64,000 bases of DNA from a virus, in IMG/VR virus record IMGVR_UViG_3300015371_000003, positions 1-64,000 of that record, one strand, 5' to 3'. The translations under genes and the position numbers were made by a program. Below the pieces are notes generated by a model that made no database searches, was not told the DNA's origin, and saw only the letters and a program-made list of their open reading frames with translations. Shown one piece after another: positions 29,068-40,192 of the stretch (positions are counted from its first letter, which is position 1; every line of letters starts with the position of its first letter).

Positions 29068-29601
29068 GTGACGAAATATCTGCTGGCAATAGTGGTGGTG
29101 ATCGGGGTGAGTATGCCCCGTGAGGCAGCGGCTCAGGCAAGTGTGACGAACGTGCAGATCGGCTATCAGTTTCTGCATTACTCAGGGATCGACGGTGGCG
29201 ACGGAGCCAGCTTCCCTCTTGGCTTCGCCCTGACCGGGGCAGTGCCGGTGAGCGGCCAGTGGAGTGGCGTGGCGGATCTAACGTGGGGACGGCATTCAGA
29301 AGATACCCCCTTCGGGGATTTCCACGTTTCAGAAACGACGCTGACCGGCGGCGTCCGCTGGACGGAGATGAAGAACTGGTGGGCGGCTCAGCTACTCCTC
29401 GGCTTGAACCACGAAGGCGTCAGTGATTGCAACGACTGTGGCTCCAACGATTTCGTGTTCATGCCGGGGATCTTGGCGCGGCGACCGCTGAACAGTGCGT
29501 GGAACGTCTACGGACGATTTGATTATCGGCATGTCTTTTTCGAAGGGGAGGGCGTGAATGGCTTCGCACTCATCGTCGGAGTCGAACGCCCGCTCAAGTG
29601 A
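29068..29601 (+). CDS. outer-membrane beta-barrel protein
   Basis: Signal peptide (AAA-Q), alternating amphipathic strands, FDYRHVFF...GFALIVGV. Confidence 0.7.
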   Translation: MTKYLLAIVVVIGVSMPREAAAQASVTNVQIGYQFLHYSGIDGGDGASFPLGFALTGAVPVSGQWSGVADLTWGRHSEDTPFGDFHVSETTLTGGVRWTEMKNWWAAQLLLGLNHEGVSDCNDCGSNDFVFMPGILARRPLNSAWNVYGRFDYRHVFFEGEGVNGFALIVGVERPLK

Positions 29602-29788
29602 CCGCAACGTCATCAAGCACGGCATCGGCTACGATTTGGTGATCAAAGAAACACGGGCACAGGTGGTCGTGGGCATCCGCTGTCAGACGTGTCAGCGGGT
29701 GTCCTACAACCCCTATGACATCAACGAACGCTATTGCGGCCATTGCCAGAAATTCCACGAAGCCAATCTGATGAGTCACGAGGGCTGA

Positions 29789-30196
29789 ATGTTTCACGTA
29801 CCGGAGTCCGGACGCATGAGTCCGCTGGATCACCCTACGCTTGGCACTGATGCGAGCTACGGCAACAACGGAGCCTTCCGCATCATGTCCCCAGAGCACG
29901 GGTGGTGGCTGTACCTGATTTGCAGTGACGGCTTGGAAGATGATGCCGTGGGGGAGTTGAAGGATTGGGAGCACGTCAGTGTCTGTGCTCGCACCCAAAC
30001 CGGACGCTCCCGGCCCCGTATTCCGTCGTGGCGGGAGATGTGCGCCGTCAAGGATCGGTGTTGGGATCCGGAGGATGTGGTGGTGCAGTTTCATCCCCGG
30101 CGCTCCGAGTATGTAAATCTCCACCCGGATGTCCTTCACTTGTGGCGGTGGAAGAAGGGGGAGTTTCCGACTCCCCCCAAGATTGCGGTGGGCTAA
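29789..30196 (+). CDS. conserved phage protein (WEHVSV...PSW.EM...YVNLHP.VLHLW family)
   Basis: Recognisable phage motif; function unknown. Confidence 0.7.
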   Translation: MFHVPESGRMSPLDHPTLGTDASYGNNGAFRIMSPEHGWWLYLICSDGLEDDAVGELKDWEHVSVCARTQTGRSRPRIPSWREMCAVKDRCWDPEDVVVQFHPRRSEYVNLHPDVLHLWRWKKGEFPTPPKIAVG

Positions 30197-31038
30197 TGCC
30201 GATGAGTGGCCGGGACGTGTTGGTGGATCTTCGGGATGAACTGGATCGGCTGGCGATGGAACAGCCGCATCAGCACGGGCATTTCGTGGAGCGAGCACGG
30301 TTGGAACGGTGGGCGCGGACGTTGCGGGAATATCTGCTCAGCGAAACGGCAGCGGCCCGCCCGCCAACCAGCTAATACCAGCGGCGACGGCAATGAGGAT
30401 CATGACGAGAAGCACAAAGGCACTGATCAGATCCATCCGAGTCATCGGACCTCCGCACGAAAGGAGTAAGGTATGGGCATCGTTCTTATCGGACTGTTGA
30501 TCATCGGCACGATGTACACCATTCGGCTGTGGTTGAATGGGAACGCTCAACAGGACCGGGATGATCAAATGTCAATGGCATGGCGGCGGGATCACGTCTA
30601 TCGATCCGGCGTCACGAAAGTGGACTAGAGTGTATCATGGGGGCCAGAATGGATGGGCAGGCGAACGATTTCACGATAGATGAGCACGGCAATCTTGTGC
30701 CGGTGGCTCCTGAAGTCGAGGATGGCGCGGATTATACCGACTCCCAAGCCTTGATTGTCTTGTCCCACAAAGCCTCCGGCGCGGTGACGATGGAGATATT
30801 CGGGGCACCCACTCCGGCCCTCATGCAAGTCCTGCAAGCCGTGATCAAAGCCGTGACGACGGAGTTTCCCGAACAGTAATTGCAATTGATTGCCACGCCG
30901 AAACGCGGTATCCTCCAACGGTAGATGGGCGCGGGCGGGAGTAGGTACCGTCGTGAGAGACTGGCTGCACAACGAAGAAATCGGCCTCACGAGCCTCCTC
31001 TACACCTCCGTGGCCTACGGTACCATTGGAGGACTGGC

Positions 31039-31663
31039 ATGGTCGATGAGATGTGCTCCGGGTGTGGCGCAATGGCCCCAAGCCACCCGTGGGTGGGCGT
31101 CACCCGTGATGAAGACGGGCTGATGGCGGCGTTCCCCATCTGCCAGAAATGCTGGCAGGATCCTTCCCACCGTCAGCGGGTGCTCAAGATGCACTTCTTT
31201 CCCAAGCAGCAGGCACCTGAAGCGGTCACGGCGGCAGAACGAAACATTCTGGTCGAACCGCCCGATGGATCCGAATAGCGCCCATCAGCGGTGGTCCTTC
31301 TGGGAGTATCGCATCTTCCCTGATGCGGTGCATCGTCCTGCCTTGGCGGATGTGAAGCTGAACGCCGCCCGGTTTGGGCGGAAGATTTTCGGCAGTGCCT
31401 CCGAAATGCGGATCATCTGTGCCACGGACGAATATGCACGAGTGTATTGGGATATCGCGGTCTTGTCGGAAGGCCATCCGGTTCATGATACGAAGTATGT
31501 CGAGTGGGTGCATGGTCAGTGGACCCGCTTTTTCAAGAACGGTTTCGGCAAGCACTGTGAAGTTCGTACGCATGCGCGTTTGGAAGCGGGGGACCGAGAA
31601 GATGGCAAGCCCGCCGATCAACTCATCATCCTGCCACCACTCAAGATGGGAGATACCCAATGA
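31039..31663 (+). other. two hypothetical genes (31039-31278 CxxC-containing; 31265-31663)
   Basis: GGAGG RBS; overlapping ORFs leading into the structural cluster. Confidence 0.55.
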
Positions 31664-32118
31664 TTTGGCCTGATCGGAACAATCCGTCGTGTGCCGGTGC
31701 GGTGCCGGATGCTGCCAATGCGTTGTACAACACGTTCAAGCAGGATCTGCTCAACAAGGTGTTCGACATGGACACTGACATCATCAAAGCCTCGTTGATC
31801 GACAGCGCGGACTACACGTTCAGCGCCGCCCACGATGAATATAGCGGTGGCGCGAGGGACGTTCCGCTTGTCGCCATCGTTGCGGAGTCGCCCACGCTGA
31901 CTTCACCGACTATCGTCAACGGGGTGTTCGACACAGCGGATTTCACGTGGACGGCGGCGACCGGCGACCAGTCGGAAGCGATCATCCTGTGGGATGACAC
32001 GCTAACGAACGACCGGCTGTGCGCGTTCTACGACACCGGGATGACCGGCATGCCCGTTACGCCGAATGGCGGGAACATCAACGTCACCGTACATGCTTCT
32101 GGCTGGTTTTCCCTCTAG
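31660..32118 (+). CDS. virion structural protein
   Basis: ANALY...D.DTD.IKA.L...FDTAD.TW...TPNGGNINVT, a pattern common in tail-region genes. Confidence 0.65.
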   Translation: MIWPDRNNPSCAGAVPDAANALYNTFKQDLLNKVFDMDTDIIKASLIDSADYTFSAAHDEYSGGARDVPLVAIVAESPTLTSPTIVNGVFDTADFTWTAATGDQSEAIILWDDTLTNDRLCAFYDTGMTGMPVTPNGGNINVTVHASGWFSL

Positions 32119-32141
32119 ATTTCATTGCTTTGAGGTAGGTC

Positions 32142-33845
32142 ATGCCGGATAAACGGGTCACGGAACTGACGGCGATTGACGCCGTGTCGGGGTCCGACCT
32201 TGTAATGGTCGTGGATGATCCGGCAGGCACCCCCGTCAATAAGAAGGCTACTCAGACGCAAGTCTTGGCTCCGGCGGCGAAGTTAGCCGGTGGCAATGAT
32301 TTCGTGGGCGACCAGACGATTGACGGGGATCTGACCGTGAGCGGCACCATTACGCCCTCACGTCGAGAAGAACAGCAACCGAAGATCGATCAACTCATCC
32401 CCAAAGATACGCAGGGCGTGCGAACGTTGCTCTCCAAGTCCCTCGTGTCTGGGCTGGCGCTCCGGCATGATGAAGTGGCGGGGAACGCCCGCATCACGGT
32501 GGGCAACTACGATACGCAGGTGTACGAACCGCTGCTCACCGAAGCGCAGAGCCTGCAAATCAAAACGGGTACGTATCCACCGGGGCTGGCGGAACACGTC
32601 CGGGTGCATCCCTCTGGAGGGGTGACGGTTGGAGATGGGGCCGATCATGACACGGCACCGGGCGTCGGCGTTGTCGTCGCACGTGGACTCGTTGCGGCCA
32701 GTGCGAGCATCGGCAGTCTCGGCAATACGCCGTTGGATGCCACGAAGATTCAAGGGATGCCGGGAGATGCCTCCAAGTTTCTGAATGGCACAGGAGGATG
32801 GACGGCTCCGGCAGGCGGTGGTGGAGGAACAGGCGGTGTGCAGGGACCAGCGGGGGCTGTAGAGGGCAACATCACCGCATTCGCGGATGCGACGGGCCAA
32901 TTCATCGGTGATTCGAATGTGCCGGTGACACAGGTGGCGCGGAAGGATCAGCAGAATGATTTTGTGACCCCGCAGGTGATTCATGGCACCACACCCCGAT
33001 TGCGGTTGACCGATGAGTCACAACCTGTCGGGAGTCAAGTGATTGAAGCGTGCAATTACAACCAGCAGTTCTATGTCCATGCGGCGGATGCCGCGAAGTT
33101 GATGTTTACGGTGAATCGCGTCGGCACGCTGGCCGTTGAGGGCGATGTGAATGCCAAGGGCAACGTCGTTCCGACCGGGCAAGTCTATCCGGGGCGTGTG
33201 GATACGCCGGGGGCACAAGGTTCGTGGTATCTCGGGTCACATGGCGCGTACGGCCTCTACACGAACACCGGCTTTTACATCAACGGCAGCGTGACGACGC
33301 CGGGGACCGTGACCGCAGGCGTAGTCGATGTGAACGGCGGACTGCTCTATGCCCGCCAAGGCTTGCGTGTTGGGTTGGATCCGCCGAATGGTACGGGCCT
33401 CTCGACGTGGCTGCTCGAATCGTCCAACCACATTCGGGCGCAGGGCGGCGTGTATGACTACGGGCGCAGCGTGCCGATGGGTGCTTGGACCGATTTTTCT
33501 CCTGCCTTTTATACCGCTGAAGGTGCGCCATGTGGCATTGTCCGATGGTTCTCCTCTCGTTATCAGATCGTTGGCAACACGATGACGATCATGTTGTTTC
33601 TGACCGTGAACATTCCCGCGCAGACAGGGTTCCTCTACTTCTACATGCCTGTCGGTCAATCAAACGTGCAGAGCGGAGGACCGCTTGTGACGGGATACAG
33701 CGGGGCAGGATTTGCAGCAGCTTGCTATTCGGTGACAGCCAATAACCCCACGATTTATTTGACGCGAGAGTTTGACGGCGGGGCATGGGGGCCGGGACCG
33801 GGCGAGCAATATCTCGTCGGTACTCTGATCCTTAGCATCGGCTGA
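32142..33845 (+). CDS. tail fibre / receptor-binding protein
   Basis: DKRVTELTA N-terminus, Gly-rich shaft, C-terminal WTDFSP...RYQIVGNTM head. Confidence 0.7.
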   Translation: MPDKRVTELTAIDAVSGSDLVMVVDDPAGTPVNKKATQTQVLAPAAKLAGGNDFVGDQTIDGDLTVSGTITPSRREEQQPKIDQLIPKDTQGVRTLLSKSLVSGLALRHDEVAGNARITVGNYDTQVYEPLLTEAQSLQIKTGTYPPGLAEHVRVHPSGGVTVGDGADHDTAPGVGVVVARGLVAASASIGSLGNTPLDATKIQGMPGDASKFLNGTGGWTAPAGGGGGTGGVQGPAGAVEGNITAFADATGQFIGDSNVPVTQVARKDQQNDFVTPQVIHGTTPRLRLTDESQPVGSQVIEACNYNQQFYVHAADAAKLMFTVNRVGTLAVEGDVNAKGNVVPTGQVYPGRVDTPGAQGSWYLGSHGAYGLYTNTGFYINGSVTTPGTVTAGVVDVNGGLLYARQGLRVGLDPPNGTGLSTWLLESSNHIRAQGGVYDYGRSVPMGAWTDFSPAFYTAEGAPCGIVRWFSSRYQIVGNTMTIMLFLTVNIPAQTGFLYFYMPVGQSNVQSGGPLVTGYSGAGFAAACYSVTANNPTIYLTREFDGGAWGPGPGEQYLVGTLILSIG

Positions 33846-33852
33846 TTGCCTG

Positions 33853-34038
33853 ATGGCTGAGAGCACCCATCCACTGCGCGAGCGTCCGGATTTGACGCTA
33901 GAGCAGCAGGTACAGGTTTACCGCGAAGTCTGTGCCCGCTTGATGGACTTTGTGTGGTGGCGCGTCAAGCTCACGGAGGAGCAACGGCAAGCCTATCGTG
34001 ATGAAGGGTTCTCCGACATCGAGTTGGACGAACTGTAA
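33853..34038 (+). CDS. small hypothetical protein (possible fibre chaperone)
   Basis: Directly follows the fibre gene. Confidence 0.5.
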   Translation: MAESTHPLRERPDLTLEQQVQVYREVCARLMDFVWWRVKLTEEQRQAYRDEGFSDIELDEL

Positions 34039-34052
34039 TGGCGACCAAAACT

Positions 34053-34490
34053 TCACGCCACACCGCGTTTGTTCCAAGGCGTTTTGCCACGCACCGCCGT
34101 CGCATGGTGAGCGACGTGTTCAGGGGTTTGCTTGTGACCCTTGAGCGCGGCGGCAATCGCCGCACGATGCGCGGGGCTTTTCGGAACACCCTTTCCGCCA
34201 CGTCCCATGCGTCGATACCCCTCGCGGATTGCGTCAGCGTGGAACTTGCGAAGATGTTCGCTGTGAGACGAACAGAGGGCCAGATTCTCCAGTCGGTTGT
34301 CGGTCTTGTTCTCGTTCAGGTGATGAACGCAGTTCCCATGTGGAATGGGTCCGTGGACGGCTTCCCAAATCACTCGATGCTCCAACTTCCATCGGTGCGA
34401 CCCGGCAATTTTGACCTCGATGTAGCCCTCTGGGTGCTCCCGCCGTGTGCCAACGGGCTTCGCGTTCCACGACGGGCTTTTGCCTGCCAT
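34053..34490 (-). mobile_element. free-standing HNH homing endonuclease with NUMOD3-like motifs
   Basis: GYI...EHRVIWE..HGPIP...VHHLNENKTDNRLENL; KSPAHRAAIAAALKG; TATACT 6 nt upstream. Confidence 0.9.
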
Positions 34491-34516
34491 CTCTCTAGTA
34501 TATCGTCAGGTAAAAC

Positions 34517-37500
34517 GTGGCGGTAAAAACTTTCTATCTCACAGCGACAGTCAGTAGCGGGGCCGGTCTTGATCAAGGCTGGCGCACGCTGTCGGAAACG
34601 GCGCAGACGGCGGCGAACAACAGCGATGGGTGGGTGGTTGGCACGGGTGCGTCCAACGACTCGGAGTATAACGTCAATACGATACGGGCGTCCACGACGT
34701 TTGTCGGGACTACGGTGCCGGATGGCACGCTCGATCAGAGTCTGAAAGACGCCTTCCGCAGTACGAATCCCCTCAATGGCGCGTTTGTCACGGCGAATTG
34801 GACGTTCAATTTTGTGGTGCGCGGCTCGACGCAGGCAGGCACACAGGCGGGCCGTATTCGGTTCCGCGTCATCCGGGCCAATGCGGATGGGTCCGGGGGG
34901 ACGGAAATTACCAGCGGTATTCAGACGGCTTCGACGGTCACGATCACCAGCACGGGCACGGATTTCACGTCCTCACTCACTGTGTCGGTTCCGGGGGCGA
35001 GTTACGCCAACCAGTATCTGTTCATTCAGTTAGCATGGGAACGAACGGCAGCAGGCGGCATGACCACGACGGATGTGGTGTGGCGCACAGGCTCCTCCTC
35101 CTCTCTCGGCACGCGGATCGTGACCGCCGATTTCACGGCGGCTCAGTTACTCACGGGGTCAAGCGTCGGCGTCATGGACGACTACAGCGGGCCTGCGGGT
35201 GTCACGCTGCCCGATACCACGAATCAAGTTAGTAGCACGCTTTCGGCGGGCCAGACGTTCACGGGCAACGGTCAAGCCGTGCAATCAGTTGCCTTCTTCA
35301 TCTATCGGGATGGGTTGGCGACCGGCAATGTTCGCTTTGCCATTTACGCGACGAGTAGCGGGTTGCCCACAGGGACGGCGCTTGATTCTGTGACGATGAG
35401 TGTCAGTCCGTTCCAACCGGGGGGCTTGTCGGCCTCGGAATGGGTGACGGGGCGGCTCTCGGGCACGGTGGTGTTGACGAATGGCGTGACGTACGCGGCG
35501 GTGGTGGAGAGTGTGACACTCAGCGGTGGGTCTGTGTTTCTCGGCACCCTCGCAGCCGGGGCGCATGCGGGCAAGGCGGTGAGTTTCAACGGCTCCACAT
35601 GGTCCAATCCCGGCGGAGGGGCGCAGGATACGTTGTTTGTGGCGGGGTTCCGCACGACCAGTCTGAATGCGCCAACGATCACGCCACCGGTTGCTACGGT
35701 TACGACGGCGACGATTGCGAGTGGCAACACGCGGTTTGCGCCGACTATGGCCGGGGCTGGTGGTGGCGGGGGTGGGACAGCCACTGTTCTGAAAGTCCAA
35801 GTCAAGACGATTGGGCAGTCGTCTGACACCACGACGATCACGCTCGACTCGACACCCACGGTGGGGAATCTCCTGTGGGCGTACGTGCATTACTTCCCCG
35901 ATGTGAATTACCACTCGACGCCTCCCGCCGGGTGGACGACGGAGCGTGACACGCGCACGGGACCGGCCAGCTATCTGGCCGTCTACAGCCGTGTGGTGCA
36001 GAGCGGCGACGGCACGAGCTATACGTGGAATTTTGACTATCTGGGCAGTCCGAACGCGCAGGGGAACATCATCATCCTCTACGAATTTTCAGGAGCCGAT
36101 CCCACAACACCGCTCGACGGTGGGAGCGTCACTGGCTTCACCTCTGATACGACACCGGATGGCACGTCAGTCACACCCTCGAAGGCAGGCTGTAAGCCGA
36201 TCAGCGTCATCCAGACGGATGGCTGGCAGACCACTTCGCTTGCCAGTAGCGACGGCACGACGTTCACGAAGGATGTAGACCAAGGCGCGGGCGGCGATTT
36301 GGGGGCCGCTCTTGGTACGTTGTCCACCACCGCTGCAATCAATTGCCACTGGAATATCGATGTGGCCCTGTCAGGCAAGGTGACGGTTGATCTGATTCGT
36401 CCAGCGACTACCGGAGCCGCTGATCAAGCGGTCACAGGTGCGAATTGTTCGTCAGGTGTGACGGTGTACACCCCCACTGTTGCATTGGCGAGTGGTTCGC
36501 AGAGCGTCACCAGTGGCACGGTGGCGTCGTCAACGGTGCTGTACGGGCCAACTGTCTCCATCGTCTGGAAGTTTCTCGGCCATGTCACGGTGCAGGGTGA
36601 CGGAGGTACAACGCCTTCACTCGACACGACCGGGGCCGATTTGATCGTCGTTCACGGGGCATACAAGCACGGCACGTATCTCCTGATCACCGACAACAAG
36701 GGCAACACGTGGTTCCCCACCTCAGCGCAATTTGTGACGAGCACGATTGCCACGGCGTTTCGGTGGTGTCAGCCGACTGGCAGTGGGCGAGGGGCGGGAC
36801 ACACCTTCTCGGTGGAGAGTCCGGGCGGCGGGCCGGTCATCCATGTGTTCGCGTTCAAAGGGGCTGCAACAACCCCGTGGAAAACGTTCACGGATCTGCG
36901 GACACATCCCTCGTTTGGAAACTTGGTCGCATCGGCGTCACATCCCTTCAGTTCCGCTGATGTCGGCAATGTCATTCACATCACAGGCGGCTCGGGGTGG
37001 ACGCCCGGCTACTGGACGATCAACGGCACGTCCTCAGTTGGCGGCGTCATCTACGTCACGCTTGGCAACATCATTGGTGGTGGCGGGGATCCCGCGAGTG
37101 CCGGAGTCACTGGCGGCATCGGGGAATTGGGTGCAGTGTTTGAATCGACAGGTGGTGCCAGCGGGTCAAGCATCACGTCGTTGCCCGTGCCGTGGCTGAC
37201 ACCCCGCGATGTCAATGGCCTGATTCTCGGCGGGTACGCGAAGGGCACGTCGTCTGGTGATGTCACCGGCAGCGGCGGATTTCCAGCCGCGAACACGTTT
37301 ACCACGCCGTACTCCGCGACCGCGCCCGACATGGGCGGAGGTGCTGGTTACGTCATCGATCCCGCCCGCACGACCATTGAAACACAGTGGGATTTCACAG
37401 CCGCAGCGACCGTTGCAGGCATCAACGTCGCGTTCCGGTCAGAATCACAGTTCAGCGTCACGACCGGTACGATTGGCCGCGCAGCAGGCGAATCGCTGCT

Positions 37501-38821
37501 TGAAGATGGCGATAACGTGCTGCTTGAAGATGGCAGCGTACTCCTGCTTGAATTGTGGGGAGGTGTCGCCCAAGTTTTTGCCCCGAGTGTCACCACTTCC
37601 GATGCCGTCATTACCGGCACGATTGTCAGCGGCTCCACGCCAAATGCCCCCACGATTACTGTTGGTGCGGTCGCTGTTACTGGAGCCACACGCGCTTCTA
37701 CGCTGCAATTGTTTGCGCCCTCTGTCGCCCCCGGAGCGGTCACGATTGCGGGGGCCACCCGTCCGACCACCCTTCAACTCTTTGCGCCGGTCCTTACGGG
37801 TCTGGTCACAGGGGCTACGATTCCGACCGGCAACCAGCGGTTTGCCCCCACTGTTGTTCAGAACGTCACCAACGGCACGATTACCTCGACGGTTCAGATT
37901 GCGGCTCCGACCGTTGGGCAAACCGTCAGCACGAGTCATCGTCCGAGTGGGCTGCAATTGAATGCACCCTCGTTGTCGGTGGGAGCGGTGTCGATCACTC
38001 TCCCGACGATTGCGAGTAGCCACCAGCTATTTGCGTTGTCGGTGAGTGCGGGGGCCGTCACGGTGGTCGGTGGTCCCATCGTGGCTGGTACGACACTGTT
38101 CCCACCCACGATTACGGGGGTATCGGTTGGGGGCATCGGCGGCGGGACGGTGGCGACCACGAGTCAGGTATTCCAACCCTCCATCGTCGGTGGGCTGCTC
38201 ATCATCGTTACGCCCACAATTGCCTCTGCGAGCACGGTGACACCTCCGAATGTCGCGCCGGGTGCGGTAACGGTCATTGGAGGTACCAGACCTTCCACCC
38301 TGCAAGTGTTTGCCCCCCTCGTGACACCGGGTGCGGTGGAGGTGTTGGGGAGCACGTGTCCCACGACGGAGCAATTGCATGCGCCTACGCTGACGGCCAC
38401 GTTGGTAGGGGGCACGATTGCGAGTGGCAGCGGAACAGACGCTCCGTCCGTCAGTCCGGTGGTGATGCTCCCGCTGATGAGCGTCTTTACGCGCATCTAT
38501 GCCCCAACTGTCATACCACCGGTTGTGTTGGTGGTGGAGGTAAGCACGATTCCCTCCGAAGCCGTGATGAACGGTCCCGAGTTGGAAGTCGGGGCGATCA
38601 CGATTTCTGGCGGGACGATTGCGGGGACAGAACTATTCCCGCCGATTATCTCCGGAGGCATTACACCGGGCACGTGCCTCACCGGGTGTCTGAAGGTGCG
38701 CTTTCTGATGATGAGTGGTGGGTTGACGTGCCGGACGCTGGTAGATGGTGCAATCAAGTGCAGACCACTCGTGAAAGCTGATATGCTCACCATTAGCTGT
38801 CGTAAAATGGAGCCGGTATGA
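34517..38821 (+). CDS. large T/G/S-rich virion (tail/fibre) protein with C-terminal ~20-aa repeats
   Basis: Beta-rich modules, LLEDGDNVLLEDG motif, repeated G.TI.S...LFAP.V units. Confidence 0.7.
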   Translation: MAVKTFYLTATVSSGAGLDQGWRTLSETAQTAANNSDGWVVGTGASNDSEYNVNTIRASTTFVGTTVPDGTLDQSLKDAFRSTNPLNGAFVTANWTFNFVVRGSTQAGTQAGRIRFRVIRANADGSGGTEITSGIQTASTVTITSTGTDFTSSLTVSVPGASYANQYLFIQLAWERTAAGGMTTTDVVWRTGSSSSLGTRIVTADFTAAQLLTGSSVGVMDDYSGPAGVTLPDTTNQVSSTLSAGQTFTGNGQAVQSVAFFIYRDGLATGNVRFAIYATSSGLPTGTALDSVTMSVSPFQPGGLSASEWVTGRLSGTVVLTNGVTYAAVVESVTLSGGSVFLGTLAAGAHAGKAVSFNGSTWSNPGGGAQDTLFVAGFRTTSLNAPTITPPVATVTTATIASGNTRFAPTMAGAGGGGGGTATVLKVQVKTIGQSSDTTTITLDSTPTVGNLLWAYVHYFPDVNYHSTPPAGWTTERDTRTGPASYLAVYSRVVQSGDGTSYTWNFDYLGSPNAQGNIIILYEFSGADPTTPLDGGSVTGFTSDTTPDGTSVTPSKAGCKPISVIQTDGWQTTSLASSDGTTFTKDVDQGAGGDLGAALGTLSTTAAINCHWNIDVALSGKVTVDLIRPATTGAADQAVTGANCSSGVTVYTPTVALASGSQSVTSGTVASSTVLYGPTVSIVWKFLGHVTVQGDGGTTPSLDTTGADLIVVHGAYKHGTYLLITDNKGNTWFPTSAQFVTSTIATAFRWCQPTGSGRGAGHTFSVESPGGGPVIHVFAFKGAATTPWKTFTDLRTHPSFGNLVASASHPFSSADVGNVIHITGGSGWTPGYWTINGTSSVGGVIYVTLGNIIGGGGDPASAGVTGGIGELGAVFESTGGASGSSITSLPVPWLTPRDVNGLILGGYAKGTSSGDVTGSGGFPAANTFTTPYSATAPDMGGGAGYVIDPARTTIETQWDFTAAATVAGINVAFRSESQFSVTTGTIGRAAGESLLEDGDNVLLEDGSVLLLELWGGVAQVFAPSVTTSDAVITGTIVSGSTPNAPTITVGAVAVTGATRASTLQLFAPSVAPGAVTIAGATRPTTLQLFAPVLTGLVTGATIPTGNQRFAPTVVQNVTNGTITSTVQIAAPTVGQTVSTSHRPSGLQLNAPSLSVGAVSITLPTIASSHQLFALSVSAGAVTVVGGPIVAGTTLFPPTITGVSVGGIGGGTVATTSQVFQPSIVGGLLIIVTPTIASASTVTPPNVAPGAVTVIGGTRPSTLQVFAPLVTPGAVEVLGSTCPTTEQLHAPTLTATLVGGTIASGSGTDAPSVSPVVMLPLMSVFTRIYAPTVIPPVVLVVEVSTIPSEAVMNGPELEVGAITISGGTIAGTELFPPIISGGITPGTCLTGCLKVRFLMMSGGLTCRTLVDGAIKCRPLVKADMLTISCRKMEPV

Positions 38822-39659
38822 GACTGGTGTTGAAACGCGGCACGGATCAAATCGTGACGTTGACGGGGTTGCGAGCGACCGATACCCAAAGCTATTTGAA
38901 TACCGCAACGGTCAAGGGGACGCTGTTGGATCGGGGCCAACCGATCCCGGCGCTCAAAGATATCCCGATGACCTACGTGCCGGAGAGCAATGGCGATTAT
39001 GAGTGGCTGATTCTCGCGTCCCAATCGATGCTCCAAAAAAACGTGGAGTATTCACTGGTGGTGGTTGCACAGCAGGGGAGCTTGAACTACCGGACCACGA
39101 GTCCGGTGACGGTGGAGGACTGATGAGTACCAAGCCTTCCATCCCACCACGCAAGAAAAAGAAGTCCAAGTTCATTGACGTGCTGAGGGCCACGCGTTTT
39201 CCCAAGCACGGGTTGCGGGGCGGGCAAGAAGTCCCAATGGATATTGACAAGATCAACGCTTCTCTCGACGCGGCGAATAAAAAGGAGTAGGTGATGCCTG
39301 CATACGGAACAGCGACTCCACAAACGCAGACGGCGGGCTGGCCGCAGGTCGTGTGGAACGATGAAGCGGTGGCGGCGTCGGGAAAGAGTCTCGCCATCGG
39401 CATGCGACGGAATTCGAATATGCCGAATTGCCTCTCCGTGGAAGTGATCTTTGCGTCCAGTCCGGGGACGTTTGGGGTGGATCTGGAAACCGCCGATACG
39501 GATCAAGACAAGTACTACACGGTCAAAGCCTCGTTGAGCACGGTGAACGCACAGTTTGCGGGGCGCATCGAGGCCGCCAATGTGGTGGCGAAATTTGCTC
39601 GACTCAAGATGACCTCGATCACGAATGCGTCCGTGCATGTGACCGCTCGGATCTTCTGA
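38818..39659 (+). other. three small genes, probably structural/assembly (38818-39123, 39123-39290, 39291-39659)
   Basis: Coupled to the preceding structural gene; the first and third are beta-rich. Confidence 0.55.
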
Positions 39660-40192
39660 TGTTCGCAGCCGTCCTAAAGTTTGACCCGGCACAGCCCCGC
39701 GATGCCAAAGGGCGGTGGGTTGATGAGGAGGGCACGACACACGTCGGTGCGTTTGTCGAGTTGTATCATGGGACCAGTAAACTGCGGGCCAACAAGATTC
39801 TCAAGAAGGGGTTGAAAATTCGAGCGGTGGCGAAGCAGACGATGGGTGGGGATCCGGAGTCGAGTCGTGATTACATCTGGCTTGCCAAACGCATGGAGTC
39901 AGCCAGACGATACTCGGAGATGCACATCAATCCAACGGTACTAAAGGTGCTTTTGCCGGTGACGGAGTACGAGGAGTTGCGACGGCTTCAGACGGGGCCA
40001 GATTCTGTCTGGACGAAGCAATCTATTCCGGCTAAGCATATCAGTTTGTTCAATCTGCAAGCAATTGCACAAAAAGGAGCGGATATGGCGTTGAAAATCC
40101 TGAAAAAAGCGGAGGCTCCGGCCCCCACTGTGAAAGCCGAGAAGCCTCCGGATTACGTGCGAATCCTGAAAGGCAAAAAAGGAGCCTCTTGA
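39659..40192 (+). CDS. ADP-ribosyltransferase-like (Tpt1/PARP-type) protein with N-terminal tag
   Basis: KFDPAQPRDAKGRW, then LYHGTS...ILKKGL...YIWLA....ARRY...VLKV...IPAKHI. Confidence 0.65.
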   Translation: MFAAVLKFDPAQPRDAKGRWVDEEGTTHVGAFVELYHGTSKLRANKILKKGLKIRAVAKQTMGGDPESSRDYIWLAKRMESARRYSEMHINPTVLKVLLPVTEYEELRRLQTGPDSVWTKQSIPAKHISLFNLQAIAQKGADMALKILKKAEAPAPTVKAEKPPDYVRILKGKKGAS

